Shown: positions 8,483 to 16,606 of the stretch, in pieces
Position numbering within the stretch: position 1 is the stretch's first letter
Layout of the letters: each line of letters opens with the position of its first letter
Source: Candidatus Xenobia bacterium
GTDB taxonomy: Bacteria; Vulcanimicrobiota; Xenobia; Xenobiales; QWHO01
Length of the DNA stretch: 64,000 nucleotides
Direction: 5' to 3'
Assembly (NCBI GenBank): GCA_045863235.1
Contig: BTUM01000038.1
Location: 1 to 64,000 of the forward strand
The notes under the pieces: generated by a model
The model's input: only the letters and a program-made list of their open reading frames with translations
What the model was told of the DNA's origin: nothing
Databases searched by the model: none
Made by a program: the position numbers and the translations under genes

Positions 8483-9013
8483 ATGGATACCACCGCAAAA
8501 CTCGAGGAAGCCCGGGCCGCCCTGGCTCGAGCTTCCTCCATGACCGAAGAGCAGGCCCGAGCCCGAGCTGCCGAGCTGTTGGCCGCCGCCGAGCTGCGTG
8601 AGGAGCAGGCTGCCCTGGCCCGTCGCGTGAGCGAGCTCGAGCTGGAAGCCCTGCGGGAGAACATCCGGCAGGCCGCCGCTGCGATGCCCGACTTGGTGGC
8701 CGAGCGCGATCAGGCGCTGGCCCGCCTCGATGCCGCCCTGGCCGACCTGCGGCCACGGCTCGAGGACCTGGCCGAGAAGGAGGCCGCCATCACAGCGCAC
8801 TGGGCCACCATGGGCACGGCCTGCGATGCCGCTCGGGCCCGGGGCATGGCGCTCGAGGCTGCCGGGGATAGCACGCTCATCCCGCCCTGCCCGGCGCCAG
8901 TGTTTGCGCTGGCCAGCCCGAGCGAGGTGGCCGGGCCTTTCGGGGCCGCTGGCTTCCTGGCACGGCGCATCATGGCGATGCGAGAGGCCGGATCCTGGCC
9001 GGCAAGACTGTAG
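8483..9013 (+). CDS. Hypothetical coiled-coil protein
   Basis: AGGAGG RBS then ATG 8483 (MDTTAKLEEARAAL); long helical segment. Confidence 0.65.
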   Translation: MDTTAKLEEARAALARASSMTEEQARARAAELLAAAELREEQAALARRVSELELEALRENIRQAAAAMPDLVAERDQALARLDAALADLRPRLEDLAEKEAAITAHWATMGTACDAARARGMALEAAGDSTLIPPCPAPVFALASPSEVAGPFGAAGFLARRIMAMREAGSWPARL

Positions 9014-9235
9014 ACCACGGGACGGACGCCCGGTCCAACGGGCCGGCCGGGACTCTCCCCCGGCCGGCCCTGCGGGCCACCTTCCGAGCCCAGAGGCCGG
9101 GGGGGTCCGCGGTCCATTCCCGGAGGGCGCAGGGGGCAGGGTGTATGCTCAGCCCCCATACAAAATCAACGGGTTTTCAGGAAGCGCTCAATTTCGAAAC
9201 TTTCGAAACGGCCGCCCTGATGAGGTGAGGTGACC

Positions 9236-12200
9236 ATGGCTGATGAGATTCAAGCGGTACTCGAGCTGAAGGACGGGCAGTTCACTGCAGGGCTCGAGCG
9301 AGCCGGCGCTGCCCTGAAGAGATTCGAGGCGGGCTCAGAGGGCACGTTCAGCAAGCTGGGGGACGTCCAGAACCGCCTGAAAGGCATCGACTTCTCGGCC
9401 GCGTTCGATGGCGCCGCCGACGCCGGCCGTCAGCTCAGCGAGCTGGCCCGCTCCGGGGCCGGCATCATCGGCGGTTTTCTGCGAGCCTCCAGCGAGGCCG
9501 AGAAGTTTCGGATCACGCTGAACAAGCTCGAGGGCGGTTCCGTGGCCGGTGCCGCCGCCTTCGAGAAACTCCAGACCTTCGCTGGAACGACCACTTTCGA
9601 GCTGCCGGGCGTGGTCCAGGCCGGCGTGCAACTGCGCACCTACGGGCAGAGCATCGACCGATTCCTGCCGCTCGCCGGCGACCTGGCCAGCGTGTTCAAC
9701 CGCGACATCTCGGATGCGGCGCAGGCCCTGGGCAAGGCTCTTGCCGGCAGCCAGGACGGCATCCAGATTCTCCAGGATTCGTTCGGCATCACGAAGCGGG
9801 AACTGGTTGCCGCCGGAGCCACTATGAAGAGCGGGGGTGGCATCGCCGTGGACACGGCCGCCGACCTGGAGAAGCTCGCCAAGGCCATCGAGAAGGTATC
9901 CAAGCAGAAAGGCTTCGCTGGAGCGCAGAAGGACCAGCTCAGCAGCCTGGCCGGGCAGTATTCCCAGCTTTCCGACGCCGTGACGAAACTCCAGACCGCC
10001 TTCGGGGACGCCCTGGCGCCAACCGTCAAAAATGTGGTTGTGAGTCTCACCGGGCTCCTCAACAAGTTCAACGAGCTGAGCCCCCGCACGAAGGAGCTGG
10101 CCGCGAAAGGCCTGGCCGTGGGAACCGCCCTGGCTGGCATTGGCGGCGCCGCCCTGACCGCTGGAGCTGTCATCGGCCAGGGCGTCATCGGGCTGCAGAA
10201 GATGGGCGAGGTGCTGGGCAAGCTTCCCGGCGCTGCCGGCCTGGCCTCCAGGGGGCTTGCTGCGACGAGGGCCGCCGCCGTGGCCCTGGCTACTCCGCTC
10301 GGGGCGGTTATCGCCGTGGTGGCTGGCGTGGCCGTGGCCTTCCACCAGTATACCGAGAGCATCAAGGAGAACACCGCTCAGACCGAGGCCTGGTTGAAAC
10401 TCGCCGAACGGGTCGGGAGCTTTGCGCGCGACGCTGGCCAGCTCTTTGGGAAGACGGCTCAGGAGATTGTCGCCGCCGGGACCTCCTACGAAGAAGCCAC
10501 CCGTGCCATGCTGGTGGCCCAGCAGAACCTCGAGCTGGCCCAGAAGGAGTTTGGGGACGGAAGCGACCAGGCGAAGCGCTGGCAGGCCGAAATCGACAAC
10601 CTGCGCACCGCGCGCAACGAGATCAACCAGAATCGGGCCGCAACCGAGAAGGCCGCTCAGGCCGCCAAGAACAGCGCTGATGCCTATGCCGCAGGCGCAG
10701 AAGAGCGCAAGAAGGCCGCCCAGGACGCCCTGAAGGGCGAGCTTCACGCCCTGAACACGTCGAAGAAGAGCGACGAGGAGCGACTGGCTGCCCTGCAGCA
10801 CCTGGCCGCCCGCTACTCAGAATTGGGCGACGAGCGCAAGTCTCTTGAGCTGGAGATTTTCAACCTGCAGCAGAAGGTGGACCAGGCCGCCATCCAGCGA
10901 GCACAGGAGCGCCTGGCCCTGGAGAAGCGAGCGATTGACCTGCGACTTGCCGGGCTTCAAGACCAGGCGAAAGCCGGTCTAGACGTGGACCGGCAGTCCG
11001 CTCAGGCCATCAAGGACCGAGCCCGAGCCGAAGAGGCTGCCATCCGTTCCAGACTCAAGAGCGACCTGGCCGGCGAGAAGAACCCTGATTCTCGGGCCAA
11101 CCTGGAGCGAGCCGCTCAACTCGACCTGGCTCAGGCTCGCCAAGAAGAGCAACGAGCGCTCCAGGCCCTGGAAGCCGAAGGTGCCTCCCGGGCCCTGGCC
11201 GCCCTGAAGGAGCAAGCCCAGCTTGATCGCGACCGCCTGAGCATTCAGAAGGACGCCGTTGACCAGCGAATCGAGGGCCTGCGCCGCGAGCAGGACATGG
11301 GGAGAGATGTTCACGAGGAGCTGAAGGCTGCCATCCTGGAGCGCCAGAAACTGGCCCAGCAGGCCGCCCAGAAGGCCTTCCAGGTGGAACTGGCCGACGA
11401 GAAGGACCCGGGCCGCCGAAGGCAACTGGAGCGGAATTTCGGGCTCGAGCAGAGCAACCAGGGTGCCGCCGACCGCCGGGAGCTCGAGGACCTCGAGCAG
11501 GGTGCCGCCGACGCCGCTCGGGCCCGGGCGCTCGAGCAACTCGACCTGGAGCAGTCCATTATCGACCTGCGCGAGAAGGCCCTTCGTGATGACCTCGATG
11601 CCGGCAAGAAGGTGGAGGCCGCCCTGAAGCAGGCGATTCTCGACCGCCTGGCTCTGACCGAGGAAGAGATTCGGGTTCGGGCCGACGCTGCTCGCGCCGC
11701 CACCAGCGATTCCCGCGAGCTGGCCCTCATCGAGCAACAGACCCAGGGACTCATCTCTGAAGCTCGCAGGAACGCGAAGAAGGAGGTTGACTCCATCACT
11801 GGCGCCCTAAAAGAGCAGAAGGCCGCCCAGGACGCCCTGGCTGGAGTGGGCGAGATTCAGAGCTTCGAGCAGTTCCTCCAGGGGCAGGCCGCTCAGTTTG
11901 GCATCGAGGCGACCCGGAAGCGCATCGCCGAGCAGAAGGCCGCCAACCGTAGCCTGTCCTTTTCGGCTCCGCCGCCAACGCCCGAGCTGCCAAAGGGCGA
12001 ACAGGTGCGCCGCGCCGCCGCCACGCCCGACCCTGGCCGCCTGGAGGCATCGAGGGAGGCAGCACGTTCTCAGGCTCGAGCTGTCGCCCAGGTTGAGGCA
12101 CAGGCCCGGGCCGAGCGAGAGAAGCCTGCCGGGTCCTCCGTGGGCCGGGTGGAGGTGCTGGTGGGCGTGGACCCCGAGAACGGGAAAATCCGAATCGAGG

Positions 12201-12295
12201 ACACCCAAACCGAGGTGACCGCCAACGGCCGCGGCTCGAGCTTCGAGCTGGTGGCTGGAGGCCTCTCTCCGCGCGCCAACACCGGGAGCTTCTAG
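9236..12295 (+). CDS. Phage tail tape-measure protein (~1019 aa)
   Basis: N-terminus ADEIQAVLELKDGQFTAGLERA; tape-measure core (FEKLQTFAGTTTFELPGVVQAG; SLAGQYSQLSDAVTKLQTAFGDALAP); hydrophobic Gly/Ala segments; long coiled coil. Confidence 0.85.
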   Translation: MADEIQAVLELKDGQFTAGLERAGAALKRFEAGSEGTFSKLGDVQNRLKGIDFSAAFDGAADAGRQLSELARSGAGIIGGFLRASSEAEKFRITLNKLEGGSVAGAAAFEKLQTFAGTTTFELPGVVQAGVQLRTYGQSIDRFLPLAGDLASVFNRDISDAAQALGKALAGSQDGIQILQDSFGITKRELVAAGATMKSGGGIAVDTAADLEKLAKAIEKVSKQKGFAGAQKDQLSSLAGQYSQLSDAVTKLQTAFGDALAPTVKNVVVSLTGLLNKFNELSPRTKELAAKGLAVGTALAGIGGAALTAGAVIGQGVIGLQKMGEVLGKLPGAAGLASRGLAATRAAAVALATPLGAVIAVVAGVAVAFHQYTESIKENTAQTEAWLKLAERVGSFARDAGQLFGKTAQEIVAAGTSYEEATRAMLVAQQNLELAQKEFGDGSDQAKRWQAEIDNLRTARNEINQNRAATEKAAQAAKNSADAYAAGAEERKKAAQDALKGELHALNTSKKSDEERLAALQHLAARYSELGDERKSLELEIFNLQQKVDQAAIQRAQERLALEKRAIDLRLAGLQDQAKAGLDVDRQSAQAIKDRARAEEAAIRSRLKSDLAGEKNPDSRANLERAAQLDLAQARQEEQRALQALEAEGASRALAALKEQAQLDRDRLSIQKDAVDQRIEGLRREQDMGRDVHEELKAAILERQKLAQQAAQKAFQVELADEKDPGRRRQLERNFGLEQSNQGAADRRELEDLEQGAADAARARALEQLDLEQSIIDLREKALRDDLDAGKKVEAALKQAILDRLALTEEEIRVRADAARAATSDSRELALIEQQTQGLISEARRNAKKEVDSITGALKEQKAAQDALAGVGEIQSFEQFLQGQAAQFGIEATRKRIAEQKAANRSLSFSAPPPTPELPKGEQVRRAAATPDPGRLEASREAARSQARAVAQVEAQARAEREKPAGSSVGRVEVLVGVDPENGKIRIEDTQTEVTANGRGSSFELVAGGLSPRANTGSF

Positions 12296-12301
12296 CGTGC
12301 T

Positions 12302-12535
12302 GTGATTGAGGTGATCGTTCGCGAGGAGCCCGGTGGCAAGCGCTCAGTGGCAGCCCGCTCGAGCCGCCCGCTCCGCCCGGCCGAGCGCAGGCTCCTGGAG
12401 GACGTGGTGCGAGCGCATCCTGGCCGGCAGGCATGGGACCGTGCAGGTGTCGTCGTCACCGGACTATGGGCCCATCCAGCCCGGAAGCTAGTTCGCGACC
12501 TGGCCGCCGCTCTGGGGCTGGAGCTGCCGGCCTGA
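12302..12535 (+). CDS. Small hypothetical protein
   Basis: 77-aa ORF directly after the tape-measure gene on the same strand. Confidence 0.45.
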   Translation: MIEVIVREEPGGKRSVAARSSRPLRPAERRLLEDVVRAHPGRQAWDRAGVVVTGLWAHPARKLVRDLAAALGLELPA

Positions 12536-12563
12536 AGGTTCCCGCCCAGCAGCTCGAGCCTCG

Positions 12564-12583
12564 TTTGACACTTTTGTGTCAAA
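12564..12583. promoter_or_regulatory. Palindrome TTTGACAC-TTTT-GTGTCAAA overlapping a TTGACA -35-like hexamer
   Basis: 8-bp arms; shares the TTTGACA half-site with the 5370-5396 palindrome; lies upstream of the last two element genes. Confidence 0.5.
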
Positions 12584-12756
12584 GGAACCGCCCTGGCAGG
12601 CCAAGAAAAACGCCGGACGCCCGACATGAAAACGGGCCCCCTGGCCGATCCCCCGCTAAGAGAACCCGACCAGGAAGCCACGCCGTGCCGTTCCGTGCAT
12701 GTGCTTTGCTTTCCTTTCTGTCGCTGGTTTGCCGGCCAGGGCGAAAGGAGAGAATC

Positions 12757-13233
12757 ATGACCGTTACACCCCTCCCGCTCAGGCCGATTCCTCACCGCGA
12801 TCCCCGCGTGGCTGCCGCCTACCATCGCATGCTCGAGCTCCTGGCCGGCTCGAGCTATGAGACTCATCCCGCCGTGCGGGAGGCTCGCCGGCTCGCAAGC
12901 CACCAGGCAGGTGACTCCTGGGAGTGTGCTCTCCGCTGGCCGCTCCCGGATTGCGCCCTGGAGGACCCGGACCGAGGCGTCCATGGCGAGCTGCTCACCC
13001 TGCTGGCCGACCCGCCGGACCTCGAGGCGCTCGAGCGCCATTTCCCTGACTGGCCGAACCGGTGGGAGGGGCTGCAGCAACGCGACCAGGGCATGAGGCT
13101 CGCCCGAGCCCTGGCTGAGTATGTCCGGCTGACCGAGCGGATCCGCCCGTCCGCTCCCGACCGGCTGCCGCTGACCCTGGCCCGCCGCCTGGAAGCCGCC
13201 ATCCTGGCAGAGGTGGAGGAGGTGCTGCCATGA
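12757..13233 (+). CDS. Hypothetical protein
   Basis: AAGGAG RBS then ATG 12757; coupled to the downstream recombinase. Confidence 0.6.
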   Translation: MTVTPLPLRPIPHRDPRVAAAYHRMLELLAGSSYETHPAVREARRLASHQAGDSWECALRWPLPDCALEDPDRGVHGELLTLLADPPDLEALERHFPDWPNRWEGLQQRDQGMRLARALAEYVRLTERIRPSAPDRLPLTLARRLEAAILAEVEEVLP

Positions 13234-14138
13234 GCGAGGCCCTGCGGGATGCGATCCACCGCTACCAGGCCCAGAGCGCGCCCAGCAAGCTCCAGACCGC
13301 CAGCAAGGGGAAGGCTTACCGAGTCCATGCCGCCTATTGGTCCGGGCTTTGGGGTTCCCGCCCCGTGGCCGAGATCAAGCCGTCTGACATCCGGGCCTGG
13401 CAGGCCGAGCTGCTCCGGGCCGGCACCCTGAAGCCTGCCACAATCTACGCCCGGCAAGCCTTCTTGTCGAGCGTTTTCGAGCTGCTGAGGGCCGAGGAGG
13501 TTCTGCAGGCCAACCCCTGCCGCGCCGCCGGTTGGGTCCGGGTGAGAAACGGCAAAACCAGGGTGCTGACCGAGGACGAAGAGGCTCGCTTGCTGGCTGC
13601 CCTGCACCCTGATACCGCCGCGTTCGTCCGCTTCCTGTTGAACACCGGCTTGCGAGCCGGCGAGGGCCTGGCCCTGGAGTGGGGCGACATCCACGAGAAC
13701 CGCGCCTGGATTCGGCCACAGAAGACCCCAAGCGGCAGGCACCTCCCCCTGAACGAGACCGCCCTGGGAATCCTGGCCCAACGCCGCCACCTGGAGCGCC
13801 CTTGGCCTGACGCCTATGTGCTCGTTTCCGGGCGTGTGAGCCGTGCCTGCGCAAAGCTCGGGCTCGAGGGCGTAACCCTGCATACGGCCCGGCATACCTT
13901 CGCGACCCGGCTCCTGCGCTCGGGCGCGAGCCTGCTGCACGTCAAGCGCTGCCTCGGTCACAGCGACTGGAGTATGACCGAGCGGTATTCCCACCTGTTG
14001 CTCGATGACCTCCAGGAAGCCGTGGGCCGGCTCGATGGGCGCTCGGCCCCGGAGGCCCCGGAGGCCCCCGACCTGGCCGCCCTGGTGGCTCAGCTCTCGG
14101 CTCAGGTGGCTGCCCTGACCGCCCGGCTACCAGCGTAA
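13230..14138 (+). CDS. Second tyrosine recombinase (XerC/D-like size, no arm-binding domain)
   Basis: TGLRAGE, QKTPSGR, HTARHTFATRL, LGHSDWSMTERYSH: full R-K-H-R-H-Y catalytic set. Confidence 0.9.
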   Translation: MSEALRDAIHRYQAQSAPSKLQTASKGKAYRVHAAYWSGLWGSRPVAEIKPSDIRAWQAELLRAGTLKPATIYARQAFLSSVFELLRAEEVLQANPCRAAGWVRVRNGKTRVLTEDEEARLLAALHPDTAAFVRFLLNTGLRAGEGLALEWGDIHENRAWIRPQKTPSGRHLPLNETALGILAQRRHLERPWPDAYVLVSGRVSRACAKLGLEGVTLHTARHTFATRLLRSGASLLHVKRCLGHSDWSMTERYSHLLLDDLQEAVGRLDGRSAPEAPEAPDLAALVAQLSAQVAALTARLPA

Positions 14139-14145
14139 ACCGCAC

Positions 14146-14188
14146 GGTTAAGCCATTCTTGGCCTATGGCCGCAAATGGGCCGCAAAA
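14146..14188. promoter_or_regulatory. Putative integrase arm-type sites, right arm
   Basis: GGTTAAGCCATT (14146-14157) and tandem GGCCGCAAAT / GGGCCGCAAAA (14168-14188), matching the left-end motifs. Confidence 0.65.
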
Positions 14189-14226
14189 CCTACTTTGCAC
14201 GGCAAAGAATCGAACAGGAGCCAACG

Positions 14227-14251
14227 AAAAAAGCCCACCGTAGCGGGCTTT
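14227..14251 (-). terminator. Rho-independent terminator downstream of tRNA-Thr
   Basis: Minus strand reads AAAGCCCGCTACGGTGGGCTTTTTT: hairpin plus U-tract. Confidence 0.7.
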
Positions 14252-14256
14252 CAACC

Positions 14257-14331
14257 TGGAGCCGGGGAGGCGATTCGAACGCCCGACCTGCTCATTACGA
14301 GTGAGCTGCTCTACCCCTGAGCTACCCCGGC
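14257..14331 (-). tRNA. tRNA-Thr(CGT)
   Basis: GCCGGGG acceptor stem, D arm, anticodon stem GCTCA/TGAGC with loop CTCGTAA, TTCGAAT T-loop, encoded CCA. Confidence 0.96.
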
Positions 14332-14360
14332 GGAACCTGGCAATTATAGTGCCTGCCCGT

Positions 14361-14846
14361 CTACCGGTCAATACGGGCGGGCTCGCAGGTGACCGGCCCC
14401 TGCACGCGTCCCTGTAACGTGACCGGCTGGCCGTTGAGCAGGCCGCTGCCGTTGATCCGCGCTTGCAGGGCTCCTCCGCCCGCCTGCTCCACGACCAGGG
14501 TGGCTCGGACGACCTTGAGCCGGGTCATGCCGGAATCGGGGATCAGCTCATTGCGGTAGGGCGCGGGGGTGGGCGCGTTGAGGAACAACCTCTGGCCGGA
14601 CAGGGCTTCCAGGCTCTTGAGCTCGGGCGGGACGGGGAAGGTGAGGTAGGCGGCCGGTCCGACCGAGTCGCCGCTGCAAGCTTCGTAGTGCAGGTCGAGC
14701 TCACCCGGCTTGAGGGTCAAGCGCACCTTGTCGGCTTGCATCTTGAACCGGGCGAAGGAGAACTCGGCCTGGCCGGTCCCCCGGGCGTGGGAGCCCAGCA
14801 GGAGCGCCGTGACAAGAATCAGCACCCACGGGCCTGGCAGCCTCAA
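14361..14846 (-). CDS. Hypothetical exported protein
   Basis: TTG start overlapping the upstream stop; hydrophobic signal-like N-terminus (WVLILVTALLLGSHARG). Confidence 0.55.
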   Translation of the reverse strand: MRLPGPWVLILVTALLLGSHARGTGQAEFSFARFKMQADKVRLTLKPGELDLHYEACSGDSVGPAAYLTFPVPPELKSLEALSGQRLFLNAPTPAPYRNELIPDSGMTRLKVVRATLVVEQAGGGALQARINGSGLLNGQPVTLQGRVQGPVTCEPARIDR

Positions 14847-16531
14847 TGGCTTTGCACCGGCGCCGACTGCTCCTCGAACGAGCCGCCCGAGCCCGAGCGG
14901 GTGAAGTTGCCCACGCGCTCGGACTCGAGCAGGTAGCCGGCCGAGCCGTTGCGGGCGTAAGTAAACTCCAAGCTCGGCGGGCGGACGGGGCGGGGGAGGC
15001 CGCCCAGGTTGGCGGGGTAGCGGCCGTGGGCCTGGTGGTAGGCGTCCAGGGCCAGCACGGTCTTGAGGAAGGCGAGGCGGTGCTGGAGGCGCGCCCAGTT
15101 CCTGACGACTATCGGCCATGAGGTGGCGGCGAAGACGTGGGCGGGGCGGGTGAGCTCGGGTAGCCGGGCGGGGGCGCCGCAGCGGGCCAGCACGGGGCGA
15201 AAGGCGCGATACTGCTGGCCCAGCAGCTCGCGCTCGGCTTCCCAGTCGCTCACCTTCATCCCCTCGAAGAGCTCTTTCAGGCTCTCGGGCAGCTTGCCGT
15301 CCCGGGCGGCCCTGAAGTAGGCGCGATCCCAGAAGGCCCATTCGAAGTCGGCGGCCAGCAGCAGGTTCTCGGGAGGGAAGAGCTTGCCGACCCGGGCCAG
15401 CATCCGGGCAGAGTCGGGGGCGGGGCGGGCGGCCAGCTCACCGAGCAGGGCCTTGATGGAGTCGCCGGCCAGGGTGGCGGCCACCATGTCGAGCACGACG
15501 GGGCGTCGGCCCGAGAGGCGGGCGGACATCTCCAGACCCAGCATGATCAGCTCGCTATCGTGGGTGTTGCGGCCGTAGACGATGAGGCTGCGGTTCAGGT
15601 TGCGGATGGCCACCAGGTTGGGCACCGGATCCTCCCAGCCGGGCTCGGCTCCGATGGGATAGGCGAGGGCCGGCTTGCTCAGGGCGGCGCGGAGTCCCGG
15701 CAGCAGGGCGGCGAAGGCGGAGAGGTCCTCCGCTTTGGGAGGAGACTCGAAATTCTTGCCCAGCGCCAGATACGGGGCGGCCTTCTCCTCCACGAACAGG
15801 TCCTTGGTGCCGATCACTTCAACCAGGTCGAGGTAGCCGTTCTCGGCCTCGGGGGCCTGGTTGCGGCGGCGGCAATCGGCCAGCACGGCCTCGACGCTGG
15901 CCAGCTCGGCGGGGGAGGGCTCCTTCAGCACGCCCCGGCCGGAGGAGATGCCCAGGGCCTGATGGCTGCCCTCCTCACAGAGCAGGGTGTAGGCATCCGG
16001 CCCCTGAGACAGGGCGTAGACATCGCTGTACGTGTCGCGGTTGGCCACGGGGCAGGCCGGGACGGGCGTGGTGAGCTCGCTGAGCTGGGCGGGATAGGCC
16101 CCCTCGTGCTCGGTGGAGTAGAGCTCGAGGGCCACCATGAGGTTGGACATGTTCTCCAGGCAGAGCCGATCGCTGCCGGTGTAAAGAGCCCGGAAGTCGC
16201 AGGTGATCTCCCCGGCCACGTAGCTCGGCGTATCCTCTCCCTGACCGGGGTGGTGGGCGCCCTTGCAGGAGAGAAGGTAGTCGGGAGCGGCCGGATCGCT
16301 GGGACCGATGTACCCGGCCGAGTAGGTATCGCTGCCAGCGGCGGGACAGGAGGGCAGGCTCATTCCCAGCTCCGTGAGGCTGGCCGGATAGCTGCCGGTG
16401 CGGGCAAAGTGGGCCTCCAGGGCATCGCCCAGCGTGTTCAGGTTGACGATGCAGCCCTTCAGGTCGGCTACCGGGTCAGCCAGGGCCGGACTGCACAGGA
16501 TGATGATCAGGACGAGCAGGAAACGGTGCAC
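14843..16531 (-). CDS. Exported protein with repeated type II secretion pseudopilin (GspG)-like motifs
   Basis: Signal peptide; two copies of C..N[LM]..L..ALE.[HY]....G.YPA.L.EL...P.CP....DTYS..Y and a third LALDAYHQAHGRYPANL near the C-terminus. Confidence 0.7.
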   Translation of the reverse strand: MHRFLLVLIIILCSPALADPVADLKGCIVNLNTLGDALEAHFARTGSYPASLTELGMSLPSCPAAGSDTYSAGYIGPSDPAAPDYLLSCKGAHHPGQGEDTPSYVAGEITCDFRALYTGSDRLCLENMSNLMVALELYSTEHEGAYPAQLSELTTPVPACPVANRDTYSDVYALSQGPDAYTLLCEEGSHQALGISSGRGVLKEPSPAELASVEAVLADCRRRNQAPEAENGYLDLVEVIGTKDLFVEEKAAPYLALGKNFESPPKAEDLSAFAALLPGLRAALSKPALAYPIGAEPGWEDPVPNLVAIRNLNRSLIVYGRNTHDSELIMLGLEMSARLSGRRPVVLDMVAATLAGDSIKALLGELAARPAPDSARMLARVGKLFPPENLLLAADFEWAFWDRAYFRAARDGKLPESLKELFEGMKVSDWEAERELLGQQYRAFRPVLARCGAPARLPELTRPAHVFAATSWPIVVRNWARLQHRLAFLKTVLALDAYHQAHGRYPANLGGLPRPVRPPSLEFTYARNGSAGYLLESERVGNFTRSGSGGSFEEQSAPVQSH

Positions 16532-16606
16532 GATGGACCCTCCCAGGAGACCGGGCTTTCGCTTGCAGAAAGGGTGTCTCCTGGCCTGAGGCAGAACTTG
16601 GCTGGG

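Larger units (their letters stand above)
40..14304. mobile_element. Integrated phage-satellite-like or cryptic prophage element (~14.3 kb) at tRNA-Thr(CGT)
   Basis: Bounded by the identical 16-mer TGCTCATTACGAGTGA (40-55 and 14289-14304, the latter in the tRNA anticodon arm). Integrase lies next to the left repeat; xis, primase, helicase, initiator, protease and tape measure genes lie inside. Confidence 0.9.

Noticed and set aside
8483..9233. Tail assembly chaperone G/GT pair with programmed -1 frameshift
   Set aside because: No clear XXXYYYZ slippery site near the end of 8483-9013, and the overlapping ORF 8730-9233 is in the +1 frame and reads as non-coding.
40..14304. Complete autonomous prophage or ICE
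   Set aside because: No recognisable terminase, portal, capsid, tail tube, lysis, relaxase or T4SS genes.
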